DNA from: Dehalococcoidia bacterium
GTDB taxonomy: Bacteria; Chloroflexota; Dehalococcoidia; UBA2979
Length of the DNA stretch: 64,000 bases
Direction of reading: 5' to 3'
NCBI GenBank assembly: GCA_965262725.1
Contig: OZ253555.1
Coordinates: forward strand, 2,272,001-2,336,000
The notes beneath the pieces are model-generated. The model ran no database searches, was not told the DNA's origin, and worked only from the letters and a program-made list of their open reading frames with translations. Numbering within the stretch: position 1 is the first letter of the stretch; every line of letters begins with the position of its first letter. This document shows positions 20,038 through 29,737 of this stretch, one piece after another. A program made the translations under genes and the position numbers.

Positions 20038-20688
20038 ATGGCGACAAGCGAGGGATCGCCCGCCTATCCGGCGCGCCTGGAGATCGACTACCCCGAGCGA
20101 CTCAACCGCTTGACCACGGTGTTCCGGCTGATCTGGATCATCCCGATCCTCGCCGTGGCAGGAATACTCAGCGGCACCGGAAACCAGTGGGTGGTCACCG
20201 ATTCGGGTGAGTGGGTCCAGGGATCCGCCGGCGGCTTCAGCGCCGGACTCTTTCTCGCGACGCTCCTGATGATCCTCTTCCGCCACCGCTACCCGCGGTG
20301 GTGGTTCGACTTCGCGCTCGAACTCACACGCTTCAGCACGAGGATCTTCGCCTACTTCGCCCTCCTGACAGATCGGTACCCCTCTACGACGGATGAGCAG
20401 TCGGTGCATCTCGACGTCGACTACCCGGACGCGGAGCGCGATCTCAACCGCGGGCTGCCTCTCATCAAGTGGCTGCTGGCCCTCCCGCACTGGCTCATCC
20501 TGAGCCTCCTCTCCATCCTCGCGATGTTCGCGATCGTCATCGCCTGGGTCGCGATCCTGTTCACGGGCCGGTATCCGCGGGGACTCTTCACCTTCGTCGC
20601 CGGGGTCGCCCGCTGGGGGCTCCGCGTGTCGGCCTACTCCCTCCTCCTGGTCACCGACCGCTACCCGCCGTTCCGCCTTGAGTCGTAG
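20038..20688 (+). CDS. DUF4389-like membrane protein (two internal repeats)
   Basis: Repeated YPERLNR/LNRGLP...ILF..RYPR..F...AY..LLTDRYPP; SD GGAAGGAG. Confidence 0.8.
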   Translation: MATSEGSPAYPARLEIDYPERLNRLTTVFRLIWIIPILAVAGILSGTGNQWVVTDSGEWVQGSAGGFSAGLFLATLLMILFRHRYPRWWFDFALELTRFSTRIFAYFALLTDRYPSTTDEQSVHLDVDYPDAERDLNRGLPLIKWLLALPHWLILSLLSILAMFAIVIAWVAILFTGRYPRGLFTFVAGVARWGLRVSAYSLLLVTDRYPPFRLES

Positions 20689-20817
20689 GGGCGGCGAGCC
20701 GCGCGGCGCCTCGTGGCATAGTGCGGACGCCGTGTCTACCGTGAGGCGCCGCGCAGGAGTGGGAGCGAAGCACGGGGGAACCGTCACGACCGGCCACGGC
20801 CGTATTGTGAGCCGTGC

Positions 20818-21771
20818 GTGAGCGAGGAGCCGGTCCCGCAGGATCCGCGAGGGGACGCGGCCCCGCCGGCACCGCCCGCAGGGCCCGACCCCGCCCCCGG
20901 GGCCGACCGGCCCACCTGGTCCTACTTCCTCACGCCGATCGCGGTCCTGATCGGTGCCACCGCCATCATCGCCGCCGTCGTCGCGACCGATCGCGGCGAT
21001 GACTCCGCGGCCTCCCTCGCGCCCACGCTCGAGTCGCTCTCGGCGACCGCCGGGTCGCTCTCCGCCACGGCGCGCTCGCTCTCCGACACAGCCGAGTCCC
21101 TCTCCGGCGGCGCCCAGCCGACCCGCGCCGCGCCGGGAACTCCCGCCACGCTCCGTGGCGCGGTGAGGGACTACGCAGCGTCGCTGGGCCTCGACGTCGC
21201 CCTCTTCGACGAGTGCCTCGCGGCGGCAGCCCCCTACGAGGTGATCAGCGCGCGGCTCCAGCTCGGGGTCGACCTCGGCGTCAGGGCCACGCCGACCTTC
21301 TTCGTCAACAACAAGCTGATCGCCGGCGCGCAGCCAGCCTCCGTCTTCGCCGAGGTCATCGCCGCCGAGCTCGCGGGCGCCCCGACGAGCATCGACGACT
21401 ACTCGCCGGTGATCCGGCAGCTCGCGGAGCGGGATCCACCCAGCTTCGTCATCCACTCCGAGCGGCCCGACCTCGCCGGCGCGTTCATCGAGGGAGATCC
21501 CGACGCCCCGGTGGTGATCGTCGAGTTCAGTGACTTCCAGTGCCCCTTCTGCCAGCGCTGGTACTACGATTCCCTGCCGGCCATTCGGACGCTCGTGGGC
21601 GACGACGTCGCACTCGCGTTCTCCCACTTCCCGCTCACGCAGATCCATCCCAACGCGGCCGGCGCCCACGTCGCCGCCGAATGCGCCGGGGCACAGGACC
21701 GGTTCTGGGAGATGCACGACCTCCTCTACGAGAAGCAGGAGGAGTGGGCGAGCCTCCCGGACACGGGCTGA
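20818..21771 (+). CDS. Membrane-anchored DsbA/thioredoxin-fold protein, circularly permuted
   Basis: N-terminal TM segment; GVRATPTFFVN..GAQP comes before GDPDAPVVIVEFSDFQCPFC..HFPL..HPNA. Confidence 0.85.
   Translation: MSEEPVPQDPRGDAAPPAPPAGPDPAPGADRPTWSYFLTPIAVLIGATAIIAAVVATDRGDDSAASLAPTLESLSATAGSLSATARSLSDTAESLSGGAQPTRAAPGTPATLRGAVRDYAASLGLDVALFDECLAAAAPYEVISARLQLGVDLGVRATPTFFVNNKLIAGAQPASVFAEVIAAELAGAPTSIDDYSPVIRQLAERDPPSFVIHSERPDLAGAFIEGDPDAPVVIVEFSDFQCPFCQRWYYDSLPAIRTLVGDDVALAFSHFPLTQIHPNAAGAHVAAECAGAQDRFWEMHDLLYEKQEEWASLPDTG
21034..21105 (+). repeat. Imperfect 21-bp tandem repeats coding a heptad (SLSATAG/SLSATAR/SLSDTAE/SLS)
   Basis: tcgctctc(g/c)g... recurs every 21 nt. Confidence 0.7.
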
Positions 21772-21775
21772 CCCG

Positions 21776-22675
21776 GTGGACTTCGACCGCGAGCATGACC
21801 GTCGCGTTCGGGAGGCGGCGTTCGCCTGGCTTGATCGGCTGGAGTGGATCCACGGGGAAGTGCTCCCCCGCCGCGAGCTCCAGAACGGGTTTCCGCTGCG
21901 CGGGGAGCGCGTCCACCTGGTGAGTCCACAGGGGATCTTCACGCCGAGAACGCTCGCGGCTCCCCTCTCGATCCTGACCGTCCACGACAGCCCCTACGCG
22001 GACGAGCGCAGCCCGTCCGGCCTCTTCCGCTACATGTACCGCGGCACCGATCCCGCGCACCGCGACAACGTCGGCCTCCGCTTCGCGATGGAGCAGCGCC
22101 TTCCCCTGGTCTACTTCCTCGCCGTGGCGAGGGGGAGATACCAGGCGCTCCGGCCGGCGCACGTGCTGGACGAGTCGCGGAACGATCGGTCGTTCTGGAT
22201 CGGGATCGGCGAGCCCGCGGATCCGTTCGCGCCCGCCGAGCCGTCCGATCTCAGGCACTACGCCACCACGGAGGCGCTCCAGCGTCTGCACCAGGGGCGC
22301 TTCCGTGAGCGCGTGCTCGACGCCTACCGCGAGCGCTGCGCCTTCTGCAGCCTCCGGCACCGGGAGCTGCTCGATGCCGCCCACATCATTCCCGACAGCG
22401 AACCCGGGGGCGTCCCGGAGGTGCGCAACGGCATCGCGCTCTGCCGTCTCCATCACGCCACGTTCGATCGCTACGTCGTCGGCATCCGGCCGCGCGATCA
22501 CGTGATCACGGTGCGCCCGGACGTGATGGAGGAGGAGGACGGCCCGACCCTGCGCTATGCAATCCAGGGACTGGACGGGCAGCGCATGGCTCTGCCGCCG
22601 CGCCCCGGCGACAGGCCGGGGCGCGAGTTCCTCGAGACGCGGTACGAGCGCTTCCTGGCCGTCGCACCGTCCTGA
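21776..22675 (+). CDS. HNH endonuclease (putative restriction nuclease) with an SRA-like N-terminal domain
   Basis: RLHQGRFRERVLDAYRERCAFC, LLDAAHII, NGIALCRLHHATFD; N-domain YMYRGTD...N.GL..AM..LPLVYF. Confidence 0.85.
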   Translation: MDFDREHDRRVREAAFAWLDRLEWIHGEVLPRRELQNGFPLRGERVHLVSPQGIFTPRTLAAPLSILTVHDSPYADERSPSGLFRYMYRGTDPAHRDNVGLRFAMEQRLPLVYFLAVARGRYQALRPAHVLDESRNDRSFWIGIGEPADPFAPAEPSDLRHYATTEALQRLHQGRFRERVLDAYRERCAFCSLRHRELLDAAHIIPDSEPGGVPEVRNGIALCRLHHATFDRYVVGIRPRDHVITVRPDVMEEEDGPTLRYAIQGLDGQRMALPPRPGDRPGREFLETRYERFLAVAPS

Positions 22676-22794
22676 GGGTGCCGCCCCGGGGGCTCCGGTC
22701 GCTCCGCCCTGGCTCCACGCGCCCTGTGCCGGTCGTGTGCGCCGCGGAACGCGACCAGCGGTGCACACGGGGGGAGGGGGCTCCGCAGGGATGG

Positions 22795-22870
22795 TGGTGC
22801 CGAGGGCCGGAATCGAACCGGCGACACCACGATTTTCAGTCGTGTGCTCTACCGACTGAGCTACCTCGGC
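22795..22870 (-). tRNA. tRNA-Phe (GAA)
   Basis: GCCGAGGTAGCTCAGTCGGTAGAGCACACGACTGAAAATCGTGGTGTCGCCGGTTCGATTCCGGCCCTCGGCACCA; cloverleaf with encoded CCA. Confidence 0.97.
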
Positions 22871-22943
22871 GTAGCGCTGAATGTAGCGAGTGGCGGCGAT
22901 GCGGGCCAGCGCGCGGCGCCGCCGCGGGAGCCGGGAGGGGCTC

Positions 22944-23519
22944 TCAGTGCCAGATCATGGCCGCGCGGGCGCTCTCCTGCTCCCGCTCGCTCTTCTCGGC
23001 CCAGCGCGCGAGGAAGTCGCCGCCGATCCGTCCGCGCGCGTCGGCCCAGCGCATCGGACGGCGCGCCTCGCCCGCGGCTCCGAGGCGCGCGCGCTCGCGC
23101 ACGGCCACCAGGTAGGCGGTCGAGTCCCCGAGGGCGACGGCGTCGAGAGCCTCGCAGGCGAGATAGCCGACCCCCTCCGTGAAGAGCGGGTCCCCCGCCG
23201 CCGTGGTCCGGAGCGGAAGGCCCGAGAGCTTCTCGCTGTCTCGCCCGGAGCGCAGTCCGAGCGGCTCGAGCAGCTCCAGCTGGTCCTCCGCGAGCAGCGT
23301 GACGGCGAGCGTGCCCGACTCCAGGACGAGATCGTGGGTGAGGGTCGTGCGGCTGAGGACGACGAGCAGCCGCGGCCGCTCCGGCACGATCGACGCCCCG
23401 AAGACGGAGACGCAGATCTGCGCGTTGAGCCGCCCGGCAGCGTCGTGGCTCCCCACGGCGCAGAGCGGCGCCCAGAACTCCGAGAGCAGGTCGGGAAGCT
23501 CCGGGGCGCCCGGGCTCAC
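22944..23519 (-). CDS. Flavin reductase family protein
   Basis: GRLNAQI, SIVPERPR, THDLV..SG, LGLRSGRDSEK, ALGDST; GTG start overlapping the hisN stop. Confidence 0.82.
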   Translation of the reverse strand: MSPGAPELPDLLSEFWAPLCAVGSHDAAGRLNAQICVSVFGASIVPERPRLLVVLSRTTLTHDLVLESGTLAVTLLAEDQLELLEPLGLRSGRDSEKLSGLPLRTTAAGDPLFTEGVGYLACEALDAVALGDSTAYLVAVRERARLGAAGEARRPMRWADARGRIGGDFLARWAEKSEREQESARAAMIWH

Positions 23520-24367
23520 GGCGTGGCGCGGGGGCCCGGGGACGGGGGCGGAGGTTGCTGCTCGCCCCGGAGCACGCGCAGCGCCGGCCCGTGCAGGGCG
23601 CCGTTTGAGCTGATCGCGTGGGGGATCCCGAGATCCGCGCGCCCGTCGACGTCGGTCAGGTGCCCTCCCGCCTCCTCCAGGATCGGGCCGAGCGCGGCGA
23701 TGTCCCACGCCGCGACCGCCGGGTCGAGCATCAGCTCGGCCGAGCCCTCGGCGACGAGCAGGTGCCCCCAGCAGTCGCCGTAGCCGCGCTGGCGCCAGCT
23801 CGCCTCGAGCAGCAGGGCGGCGCGGCCGCCCCACGTCCGCGCCATCAGCCGGTAGGAGCCGAAGACGATGTGGGCGTCCTCGATGCGGTCGACGGCGGAG
23901 ACGTGGATCCGCTCGCCTCCACGCGCTGCGCCCCGGCCCTCAAGGGACCGGCTGCGGTAGGCACCGAGCCCGCGCCCCGCCCACCAGCGCGCGCCGAGCG
24001 CCGGCGCCGACGCCACCCCTACCTCCACGACACCCCTGCGCTCGCAGGCGATGAGCGTCCCCCAGACCGGCACGCCTCGTGCGAAGGAATGCGTCCCGTC
24101 TATCGGGTCGAGGATCCAGCGCGCCGGCGCATCCGGCGCCCCGCCGAGACCCTCCTCTTCCCCGAGCACGGCGTGCCCGGGGAAGCTCCTCCCGATGCGG
24201 ATCCGGAGCTCGCGCTCCGCCGCCTCGTCGGCAGCCGTCACCAGCGACCCGTCCGGCTTGCGGCGAACCGGCGCCCCACCGCGGAAGGCCGGCAGCGTGA
24301 CGGCATCCGCCGCGTCGGCCAGCTCGAGCGCGAACGAGAGCAGATCGCGCGTGGTCGGCTCGCTCAC
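23516..24367 (-). CDS. hisN: Histidinol-phosphatase (inositol monophosphatase family)
   Basis: [29 protein letters not shown]; lies in the his operon. Confidence 0.85.
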   Translation of the reverse strand: MSEPTTRDLLSFALELADAADAVTLPAFRGGAPVRRKPDGSLVTAADEAAERELRIRIGRSFPGHAVLGEEEGLGGAPDAPARWILDPIDGTHSFARGVPVWGTLIACERRGVVEVGVASAPALGARWWAGRGLGAYRSRSLEGRGAARGGERIHVSAVDRIEDAHIVFGSYRLMARTWGGRAALLLEASWRQRGYGDCWGHLLVAEGSAELMLDPAVAAWDIAALGPILEEAGGHLTDVDGRADLGIPHAISSNGALHGPALRVLRGEQQPPPPSPGPRATP

Positions 24368-24987
24368 GCGGTGAGCGTCCCCTTCGTGGAGGGGATCTGG
24401 CCGGCGAGGCGCTCGTCGATGCGCGTGGCGGCGTCGAGGGCGCGGCCGAGCGCCTTCATCGCCGCCTCGGCGACGTGGTGGTCGTTGGCGCCGGCGAGCT
24501 GTCGCACGTGCACCGTCGCCCGGGCGCCCACGGCGAAGGAGCCGAGCACGTGCGAGACGAGCTCGGTCGGTGCCTCGCCGATCCGCTCCCCCGTGAACTC
24601 GAGATCGACGGCGGCGTAGGGGCGGCCCGAGAGGTCGATCGCCACGTGCACGAGCGCCTCGTCCAGGGGGACGGTGGCGTCGCCCATGCGCACGATTCCC
24701 GCGCGCTCCCCGAGCGCCCCGTCGAAGGCCTGACCCAGCGCGAGCGCGACGTCCTCCATCGTGTGGTGCGCGTCGACCTCGAGGTCGCCCTCGGCGCGTA
24801 CGTCGAGGTCGAAGCGGCCGTGGCGCGCGAAGGCCTCGACCATGTGGTCGAGGAATCCCACGCCGGTGCTCGCCGACGCGGCGCCCGAGCCGTCGACGTC
24901 GAGCTCAACCGTGACGCGGGTCTCGCCCGTCTCGCGCTCAAGCGACGCCCGGCGCCCGCCGGCCGCCGCTGCGTTCTCCTGGGTCAT
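24364..24987 (-). CDS. hisB: Imidazoleglycerol-phosphate dehydratase
   Basis: [43 protein letters not shown]. Confidence 0.96.
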   Translation of the reverse strand: MTQENAAAAGGRRASLERETGETRVTVELDVDGSGAASASTGVGFLDHMVEAFARHGRFDLDVRAEGDLEVDAHHTMEDVALALGQAFDGALGERAGIVRMGDATVPLDEALVHVAIDLSGRPYAAVDLEFTGERIGEAPTELVSHVLGSFAVGARATVHVRQLAGANDHHVAEAAMKALGRALDAATRIDERLAGQIPSTKGTLTA

Positions 24988-26174
24988 CGCTCGTCCTCCG
25001 TCCGTCCCAGCTCGCCCGAGGCGGCTACCTCCCGGATCGCGCCGAGCAGCGCGTCGGTCTCCTCAGGACGCCCCGCGGAGATGCGCACGCACCGCTCGAG
25101 CCGCGCCGCCGCGAAGTGCCGCACGAGGACCCCGCGGCGGCGGAGCGCCTCGTAGAGCCTCCGACCCGCGTCCTCCGGCGCAGAACCGCCCCCGGGCGTC
25201 CCCGTCATCTCGACCAGCACGAAGTTCGCAGAGGATGGGTGCGACCTCAGCCACCCCGTCTCCGCGATCGCCGCGGCCATCCGGTCGCGCTCCGCGAGGA
25301 GTGCGCAGGCCCGCTCGTCGAGGAGGGTGCGCTCCTCGAGGCTCGCGAGCGCGGCCGCCTCCGCCGCGACGCTCACGGAGTACGGCTGCTTCACCACCAT
25401 CAGCGTCTCCGCCAGCTCCGGCGGCATCGCGGCGTAGCCGGCGCGGAGCCCCGCGAGACCGCCCCACTTGCTGAAAGTGCGCAGCACGACGAGCGGTGCG
25501 CCGGCCGCCGCCTCCTGGGCCATCGACGGCGTCTTCGTGAACTCGATGTACGCCTCGTCGAGCAGGAGCAACGCCCCGCTCCCCAGGAGCGCCTCCAGGA
25601 GCGCCCGCGGCGCCACACCACCGGTGGGGTTGTTGGGCGAGGCCAGCGCGACGAGCTTCGCCCGCCGCGCCTCGGCGAGCAGCTCCTCCTCGTCGAGCGA
25701 CCAGTCCGCCAGCCGCGGCACCTCTACGATCTCAGCACCGACCTGCCCGGCATCGAAAGCGTACATCCCGAAGGTCGGCGGCGCGACGACGACGCGGTCG
25801 CCGGGCCCCACCACGCAGCGGATGACAAGGTCTATGAGCTCGTCGGATCCCGCGCCGGCCACCACCGCCTCGGGTCGAACGCCGAGGTGGCGGCCCAGAG
25901 CCTCGTGCAGCCGCCTCTGCTCGGGATCGGGGTACCGGTGCGGCGCGACCCCTCGCAGCGCCCGAAGCGCCCCGGGCGAGGGCCCCTCGGGGTTCTCGTT
26001 CCCGTCGAGCTTCACCAGGCGCCGCGGGTCGAGGCCGTAGCGCGCCGCGACCTGCTCCGGCGACTCGATGGCCGCATAGGGCTCGACTGAGCGCAGCTGC
26101 GGGCGGAGCAGCCGCCTCGGGTCGGCGGGCACGGGTGGGTCGTTCCCCCGGCGGCCTGGCGTCCCGCTCATCAT
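24984..26174 (-). CDS. hisC: Histidinol-phosphate aminotransferase
   Basis: [46 protein letters not shown]. Confidence 0.95.
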   Translation of the reverse strand: MMSGTPGRRGNDPPVPADPRRLLRPQLRSVEPYAAIESPEQVAARYGLDPRRLVKLDGNENPEGPSPGALRALRGVAPHRYPDPEQRRLHEALGRHLGVRPEAVVAGAGSDELIDLVIRCVVGPGDRVVVAPPTFGMYAFDAGQVGAEIVEVPRLADWSLDEEELLAEARRAKLVALASPNNPTGGVAPRALLEALLGSGALLLLDEAYIEFTKTPSMAQEAAAGAPLVVLRTFSKWGGLAGLRAGYAAMPPELAETLMVVKQPYSVSVAAEAAALASLEERTLLDERACALLAERDRMAAAIAETGWLRSHPSSANFVLVEMTGTPGGGSAPEDAGRRLYEALRRRGVLVRHFAAARLERCVRISAGRPEETDALLGAIREVAASGELGRTEDER

Positions 26175-27541
26175 CGTCCCTCCAGACGCAGCTCGACGGC
26201 GCGCGCATGAGCGGTCAGCCCCTCGGCCCGGGCGAGCGTCGCCGCGTAGCCGCCGAGGCGGTAGAGGTCGGACTCGGAGAGGGCGACCGTCGAGGTGACG
26301 CGGAGGAAGTCGAGGACGGTGAGAGGCGACGCGAAGCGCGCCGATCCCCCGGTGGGCATGACGTGGCTCGGGCCGGCCGTGTAGTCGCCAATGACCTCGG
26401 GCGTGTCTTCGCCGAGGAAGAGGCCGCCCGCGGAGGTGACGAACGTGGCGAGCCGCTCCGGCTCGCGCGTCAGGAGGCAGAGGTGCTCCGGCGCAAACTC
26501 GTTCGCGAGCGCAACCGCCTCCTCGAGGTCGGCGGCGATCACCGCTCCTCCCCGTTCGATCGCGGCGCGCGCGATCACCTCGCGCTCGAGTTCCGGGAGC
26601 TGGCGGTCGACCTCCGCGGCTACTGCCTCGGCCTGCTCCCGGTCGGTCGTGATCAGGATTGGAGTCGCGAGGGCGTCGTGCTCGGCCTGCGCCAGCAGGT
26701 CGGCGGCGACGAGATCCGAGGCGGCGCTCCCGTCCGACAGTACGAGCGTCTCCGTCGGTCCGTAGAGCGAGTCGATCCCCACGCGGCCGTAGAGCTGCTG
26801 CTTCGCGAGCGTGACGAAGAGATTCCCAGGGCCCACGACGATGTCGACGCGCGGGATGCTCTCCGTCCCGAGCGCGAGCGCCGCTATCGCCTGCGCGCCG
26901 GAGGCGCGCACGACCCGCGTCAGCCCGGCAAGCTCCGCCGCGGCGAGCTTCAGCGGGTGCACCGAGCCGTCCGCGCGCGCCGCCGTGGCGCCCACGCGTT
27001 CCTCGACGCCGGCGACGGCGGCGGGCACCGCCGTGTGGATCACGGAGGAGGGAAGGACGGCGTCGCTTCCCGGCATGTAGATGCCGGCGGAGGCGAGCGG
27101 CGTTACCCGCATCCCGAGCCCGTGCCGGGCGAAGGGTCTCGGGCCGTGGTCGAGCTGCAGCTCGTGGAAGTGGCGCACGCGCTCGGTCATAAACCGGAGC
27201 GCTTCGAGGAGATCGGGCGGCGTCTCCTCCAGGGCGGCGCGGAATTCTGCTCGCGTCACCTCGATCGGCGCCTCCGCGGATCCGTCGAAGGCGCGCGAGT
27301 AGCGCACCACGGCAGCGTCGCCCTCGCGCTCGACGTCGGAGATGATGCGCGCCACGGCGGAGGCGGCGTCGAGCTCCTCGCCCAGCACGTCGCGGATGCG
27401 CTCGCGCACGGGCTCGGGGAGCTCGGGACTCGCCAGGGGGCGGCGGCGGAGCACGCTCGCGCGCGCCGCCTCCGCGCCGTCCACGATCCGAAGCGCGCGC
27501 CCCTCGCCGCCGCCCGGCCCCACCGCTGCCGGCTCGCTCAC
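26171..27541 (-). CDS. hisD: Histidinol dehydrogenase
   Basis: GAQAIAALALGTE, VGPGN, GPTE, DLLAQAEHD, APEHL, GDYTAGPSHVMPT, EGLTAH. Confidence 0.95.
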   Translation of the reverse strand: MSEPAAVGPGGGEGRALRIVDGAEAARASVLRRRPLASPELPEPVRERIRDVLGEELDAASAVARIISDVEREGDAAVVRYSRAFDGSAEAPIEVTRAEFRAALEETPPDLLEALRFMTERVRHFHELQLDHGPRPFARHGLGMRVTPLASAGIYMPGSDAVLPSSVIHTAVPAAVAGVEERVGATAARADGSVHPLKLAAAELAGLTRVVRASGAQAIAALALGTESIPRVDIVVGPGNLFVTLAKQQLYGRVGIDSLYGPTETLVLSDGSAASDLVAADLLAQAEHDALATPILITTDREQAEAVAAEVDRQLPELEREVIARAAIERGGAVIAADLEEAVALANEFAPEHLCLLTREPERLATFVTSAGGLFLGEDTPEVIGDYTAGPSHVMPTGGSARFASPLTVLDFLRVTSTVALSESDLYRLGGYAATLARAEGLTAHARAVELRLEGR

Positions 27542-28302
27542 GGGATCTCCTCCCACGCGAAGTAGTTGGCGATGCGCCGGGCGCACGCTTCGGCCGTCTC
27601 CTCCCAGAACGCGCTCATCCGCTCCTCCGTCACCGCCGCAAACGCCTCCGCCGCGAGCTGTGGTCCGCGCGCGACCTGCTCCTCGATGGCCGCCTCGTCG
27701 AGGCCGGCCCGGCCGAGGTGGAGACGCAGCATGCGCGGAAAGCGCTCGTAGGTGGGCGGCTGCGCCGCGATGTCGGCGACCGCCTCGCGCCACCGAGCGA
27801 GGTCGGGCCCCGGAAGGAACGGGACCCGCGGGTCGCCCTCCTGCGCCGCGAGCGCCGCGCGGATCTCGTCCATCGCCGCCGCGTCCTCGCGCTCGCGCCG
27901 ATCCATCTCGAACTGGAGCGCCCGGTCCAGCACGTCGCGCCGCGGATTGCGGGCGCGCCGTGAGCGCTCCCCGAACTCGCTGCGGTAGACCTGCTCGATG
28001 TATCGCTCGTCCATCACCAGGTGCGTGACGTAGCCGGCGAGGAAGGCCGGCGTCGGGCGCGGCAGCACGGCCGGCCGGGCGAGCTCGGGGTACGCCCGGG
28101 CCATCCGCCCGAGCGAGTCCTGCGGCCCGAAGTCGTCGAGGTCGTAGAAGTGCGTCTCGCTGCGATCGCGGCGCGTGATCGCGCGGATGTCCGGCGCCGT
28201 CGCGCCGAGGTAGTAGGCGCCTCGGTCGGCGTCGATCACCGGCCGGCCCAGACGCTCCGCGACGCGCCGCGCCACCACGAGGTGCGAGCCCAGCGACGGC
28301 AT
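27538..28302 (-). CDS. Zinc-dependent phospholipase C-like metallohydrolase
   Basis: MPSLGSHL, LGATAPD, THF, GYVTHLVMD metal-ligand pattern; overlaps the hisD start. Confidence 0.75.
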   Translation of the reverse strand: MPSLGSHLVVARRVAERLGRPVIDADRGAYYLGATAPDIRAITRRDRSETHFYDLDDFGPQDSLGRMARAYPELARPAVLPRPTPAFLAGYVTHLVMDERYIEQVYRSEFGERSRRARNPRRDVLDRALQFEMDRREREDAAAMDEIRAALAAQEGDPRVPFLPGPDLARWREAVADIAAQPPTYERFPRMLRLHLGRAGLDEAAIEEQVARGPQLAAEAFAAVTEERMSAFWEETAEACARRIANYFAWEEIP

Positions 28303-28306
28303 GGCG

Positions 28307-29737
28307 CTACCCCGAGCCGGAGGCGGCGTCCGCCAGCCGGCGCACGAGCTCCGCTCGGAGCTCCCCGCGCCTCCCGGTCGGGGGCTCCCTGTGGCCGATT
28401 GCACAGTTCGTGGACTCCATCACGACGTCGATCATACGCAGCCTGTTCGCGCGCAGCGTGGTCCCCGTCTCGGTTCCCTCCAGCAGTATCTCGGCGTCCT
28501 CCGGCACGAAGCCCTCGGAGGCGCCGGCGATCGGGATGACGCGGTAGCGGCCGAGGTGCCGGTCGCGCGCGTACTGGTCGGCGAGGGCCGCGTACTCCGA
28601 GGCGATGCGGATCACGCGCGCCGGGTCGTCCCGGCGCCAGTAGGCGACCGCCTCCTCGATGCTCTCGGCCGGGAGCTCCTCCGGGACAACGGCGCCGAGC
28701 CGGTAGTTGCTGCGCCTGAGGTCGCAGAGCTCGACGACCGGCGAGCCGGGGAACATGGCAACGTACACCGCGAGCCAGTCCCGTCCCGTGAGCGCGAGAT
28801 CGAAGAGCCCGAGCGCGACGGCGCGCGGCATATCCTGCGGCCGCATCACCTTCACCGAGACACCCTCCATCGGCGAGACCGGGTGCCGCACGGCACGCTC
28901 TTCATCGTAGCCCTCGAAGACGATCCCGGCGCCCGCGAGCGCGGCCACCGTGTGGCGCTGCGCGTGCCCGTCCGGGACCGCGATCCGCAGCGTCTCGCGC
29001 CCTGTGACCTCCGCGCGACGAGGCCGCCGCCCGGGCCGGAGTACCAGCGGGAGCGGATCCACGGGGCCGGCCGCGGCTCCCTCGCCGGCGGGGAGCGCGA
29101 GCAGCGGGCCCAGCGCCTCCGTCAGGTCGCGGCGCATGAGCGCCTCCCGGTTGCCGAGAAGCCACGCGCTGCCGCGGTGGAGCGTCGCCAGCTCGACCAG
29201 CTCCTCGGCGCGCGCCCGCTCGGAGGTGACGACGGCGGCGTCGGCATCTTCCGGGGGCCACGCCTCCGCGTTCGCCCACACCTCCACGAGGCGGTGGTCC
29301 GGGACGCGGGCGCGCGCGAGGAAGCGCGCCGCGAGGTTCGGGAACTCCGTTGCGACCCGGAGGATCCCCTCGTCGGCGAGTCCGTCCAGCGTGGCCCCCG
29401 CCGCTCCCGCCAGCACCAGCCGGCTCTCGCCGATGTCGAGGGCCCGCAGGGGGATGACGGAGTCGTGCGGGTAGCGCACCAGGAGCTCGTCGATGTGGGC
29501 ACGGCCGGTGATGCCGAGATCGTAGTGGCCGAGCGCGACCTGGATCGGGATGTCCGCCTCGGAGAAGACGCGGACGCGCACCCGGGGCCTTCCCTCCACG
29601 TCGAAGCGGTAGGAGCGGGAGCCCTCCCCGTAGCCGGGGACGCGGAAGCCGGCCGCCTGGAGCCGCTCCGCAAGCTCCCCGCGCAGGTCGCCGCGCGGCA
29701 GCGCGACGCGGATCTCCCCGGAGCCGCCCGCACTCAT
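28307..29737 (-). CDS. hisG: ATP phosphoribosyltransferase with two tandem HisG catalytic domains
   Basis: Domain 1: RVALPRG..DIP..DLGITG..RVATEFP. Domain 2: RIAVPDG..RPQDMP..DLALTG..RIASEY..GASE..ETGTTLRANRL. Confidence 0.9.
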   Translation of the reverse strand: MSAGGSGEIRVALPRGDLRGELAERLQAAGFRVPGYGEGSRSYRFDVEGRPRVRVRVFSEADIPIQVALGHYDLGITGRAHIDELLVRYPHDSVIPLRALDIGESRLVLAGAAGATLDGLADEGILRVATEFPNLAARFLARARVPDHRLVEVWANAEAWPPEDADAAVVTSERARAEELVELATLHRGSAWLLGNREALMRRDLTEALGPLLALPAGEGAAAGPVDPLPLVLRPGRRPRRAEVTGRETLRIAVPDGHAQRHTVAALAGAGIVFEGYDEERAVRHPVSPMEGVSVKVMRPQDMPRAVALGLFDLALTGRDWLAVYVAMFPGSPVVELCDLRRSNYRLGAVVPEELPAESIEEAVAYWRRDDPARVIRIASEYAALADQYARDRHLGRYRVIPIAGASEGFVPEDAEILLEGTETGTTLRANRLRMIDVVMESTNCAIGHREPPTGRRGELRAELVRRLADAASGSG

